A DNA stretch of 64,000 bases from positions 256,001-320,000 of the forward strand of contig CAWEPZ010000002.1 in NCBI GenBank assembly GCA_963811105.1. The letters run 5' to 3'. Of this stretch, positions 61,785-64,000 are shown in pieces (position 1 is the stretch's first letter; every line of letters begins with the position of its first letter). The stretch comes from Candidatus Bathyarchaeota archaeon (lineage in GTDB: Archaea > Thermoproteota > Bathyarchaeia > Bathyarchaeales > Bathycorpusculaceae). A program made the translations under genes and the position numbers. The notes beneath the pieces are model-generated. The model saw nothing but the letters and a program-made list of their open reading frames with translations. It ran no database searches and had not been told where the DNA came from.

Positions 61785-61912
61785 TGCTGGAATGGTTAAC
61801 AGGAGATCCATTATCAGGCATATTAACAACTATATTCTTCTTTGTCTTCCTAATTGTCGGAAGAAAACTAGCACTTGAACGAGTAAAGAAAACAAAATCA
61901 GTGACAAACTAA
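61784..61912 (+). CDS. Single-TM microprotein (42 aa) coupled to the cbiN-like gene
   Basis: TAATG stop/start overlap and AGGAGG RBS; MLEWLTGDPLSGILTTIFFFVFLIVGRKLALERVKKTKSVTN. Confidence 0.7.
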   Translation: MLEWLTGDPLSGILTTIFFFVFLIVGRKLALERVKKTKSVTN

Positions 61913-63996
61913 CGCTCTATTGATATCTTACTGATTCCTGTTTCTTTCTCCAACTTAACCACATGTTCTGCTTTCCCAGCAAAAGCCTCACTGTGCGTAA
62001 CCCCAATAATTTGCTCTATTGCTTTGAATCGGCTGATGGCTTCAGCTAACCGCTCAATGCTGCCGTCTTCACTTCCTAAGTTCTCTGTGGGTTCATCAAG
62101 CAACAATATACTTAAGCCATGACCAGTCCTCGACTGCATAATCAACTGTCCCAAACCTAAACGATAAGCAAAAGCCAATAGTGTTCGTTCTCCACCAGAG
62201 AGGTTGGAGACTTCACGGTCAACGCCTGACTCGCTTTTTACATAAGGGGTGTATGTTTCGTCGATAATCACGTTAAGCATGGGTGCTTCTCCTCCTCCTA
62301 AGCTATCAAGGACTTGTTGTACAAAGTTTCGTAAAACCTTCACGAACTCGCTGCGGAGTTTAGGCTGTATGCTGCGGTAAGCATCGCGGATTGCACCTAA
62401 AAGCTCCACGGTTCGGCAGATTTTCTCCATGCGCTCAACCTTTTCCTGAGCAAGATTGATGCGTTCTTTGGAATCGTCTAAGCGCCTGAACATGTCTTTT
62501 TTACAGTTCTCTTTAGTACGCAAGTCGGAATCTAACAAATAATATTGACGAAAAGCCGTTTCACGTAGCGCCCGAGCGGCGTCAAGTTCCGTCAAATCAA
62601 ACCTACTTATCTTATATTGTACCGAGTCAAGTTGCAGGCGTAAATCACCTTCAAGCTTCTGCTTCTCCAAAAACTCGCTTGATAAATTATTGAGGTTGTT
62701 TTCTTCTTCGCTCAAACGGTTTTTTAAGTCTTCAGCCCTTGCCATGCAAGTCTGTAAGTTCGAGTAAGCCTCAGAAGCTAAAGCCTTATTCCTCTGCAGG
62801 CCCTCAATCTCAAACCTTAATTGGCAAATGGTCTTTTCTCTTTCAAAATTCTCATGCGCAATCCTTGAGAGAAGGTTGCTTTTGTATTCGCCCTCTAACG
62901 GTTGTACACAAAGCGGGCATTTACTTTCCTGTGAAAGCGAAACTACCCGTTTTTTGTCTATTTGTAGGTTCCTTGAGGTAGCTTCTTGGTCAGCCTTTAA
63001 ACTGCTGATTTTTTCATCAAACGCTGTCAAGGAAGAACGTATGGATTCAACAGGTTGATCGGGCGGTAAACCTGCTTGTTTTAGTTTGATAAGGCACTGT
63101 CTCATTTGAATGTCAAATGAGTTTTGGCGCTGTTGCAGATTGCCCAATAGCGTTTTTTTGTCTTGGAGTTTTTGTGTTATAGACGAAAGAGTGCTATCCA
63201 TGTTTCTAATGTCTGATTGCAACTGAGCTTCTTTGCGCTTCGCTTCTTCAATAGCTTGCTTTTTCTCCTCCATTCTCTTAAGCTTAGCGTCTGCTTCATC
63301 CAGTGCTTTCTTGGCAACAATCAACCTCTGAGTCGAATTTTCAAGTTCCATCTCCAAGAGCGCATATTCTTCACTTGCTCTATTGTATTCATTGCTAAGT
63401 TTTTCAAGTCCAATTACATCGGGGTCTTTCTCGTAAACCCGCTTCTCTGTCTCATAATCCCGCTGGTACTGAGCTATGTTGCTCCATGCAACCTCATAAT
63501 CCGAAAGCCCAAATAGTTCGTCCAATCGCCTCTGCCTGTCTCTTGGCGCTGCATCAAGGAGTTCTTTGAGGTGTTCTTGCCTAAACCAAACTATTTCTCG
63601 ATAAAGGTCCTTGTCTAAACCTGTGATGGTCTTAAGCTGCTCCGCAATAGCGTCAGTTTTCATGCTGGCAACAAGCTTCTCATTCTCTAAAAGTTTAAGC
63701 TCCTCAAAATTCTGCATGATACTTTTGCCCTTTCGTTTTAAGCCGCGGGTAAGCTTGTAAGTGCTTCCGTTCTGCGCAAACTGCACAGTAACCCTTCCAA
63801 AGTCTGCGTTTTCCCGTAACAAGTACTCAAAGCTTCTGCCAATTGAATCACCGAACAAAGCAAAGTCAACCGCGTACAGCACGCTGGATTTTCCGCAGCC
63901 TAAGCCGCCCACCAAACAATTAAAACCATGAGTGAAAGGTACAGTGGATTTGACGTGGCTACGAATGTTTTCAAGCTGGACGATTTCTATTTTCAT
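61909..63996 (-). CDS. Rad50/SbcC-like SMC-family ATPase
   Basis: NIRSH, GCGKSS, RQ Q-loop, coiled coils with CPLC zinc hook, LSGGER, LLDEPT, TH. Confidence 0.88.
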   Translation of the reverse strand: MKIEIVQLENIRSHVKSTVPFTHGFNCLVGGLGCGKSSVLYAVDFALFGDSIGRSFEYLLRENADFGRVTVQFAQNGSTYKLTRGLKRKGKSIMQNFEELKLLENEKLVASMKTDAIAEQLKTITGLDKDLYREIVWFRQEHLKELLDAAPRDRQRRLDELFGLSDYEVAWSNIAQYQRDYETEKRVYEKDPDVIGLEKLSNEYNRASEEYALLEMELENSTQRLIVAKKALDEADAKLKRMEEKKQAIEEAKRKEAQLQSDIRNMDSTLSSITQKLQDKKTLLGNLQQRQNSFDIQMRQCLIKLKQAGLPPDQPVESIRSSLTAFDEKISSLKADQEATSRNLQIDKKRVVSLSQESKCPLCVQPLEGEYKSNLLSRIAHENFEREKTICQLRFEIEGLQRNKALASEAYSNLQTCMARAEDLKNRLSEEENNLNNLSSEFLEKQKLEGDLRLQLDSVQYKISRFDLTELDAARALRETAFRQYYLLDSDLRTKENCKKDMFRRLDDSKERINLAQEKVERMEKICRTVELLGAIRDAYRSIQPKLRSEFVKVLRNFVQQVLDSLGGGEAPMLNVIIDETYTPYVKSESGVDREVSNLSGGERTLLAFAYRLGLGQLIMQSRTGHGLSILLLDEPTENLGSEDGSIERLAEAISRFKAIEQIIGVTHSEAFAGKAEHVVKLEKETGISKISIER

Positions 63997-64000
63997 TTTG

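Overview
Archaeal chromosomal window, most consistent with Bathyarchaeia (inferred from the NosD-like beta-helix surface protein, archaeal-type HMG-CoA synthase, single-OB SSB, long Alu-containing SRP RNA, BRE/TATA promoters and frequent TTG/GTG starts). Housekeeping content: GT39 glycosyltransferases, a radical SAM-dinB cassette, pncB, a thiolase-like/DUF35-HMGS pair, uvrBAC, tRNA-Lys(CTT), trpEGDCBA (no trpF), SRP RNA, a ~19 kb hem/cbi tetrapyrrole-corrin cluster with two CbiM transporter modules, and a Rad50-like ATPase. Main unexplained signals: (1) two ~285-300 nt nested-helix candidate ncRNAs that I cannot assign to a known family, one upstream of the radical SAM-dinB cassette and one just downstream of an RNase HII-like/Zn-finger gene amid Cys-rich microproteins; (2) a thiolase homologue lacking all three catalytic motifs, coupled to a DUF35-HMGS fusion; (3) a 10-bp-phased repeat array before a decayed double-AbrB-like gene, with the same motif at other promoters; (4) a CbiM paralogue lacking His2 and a shared 19-bp operator at both cbiM promoters; (5) three +1 frameshifts (pncB, uvrB, cbiL) that may be assembly errors. 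All RNA structures were found by eye; no folding or database search was run.
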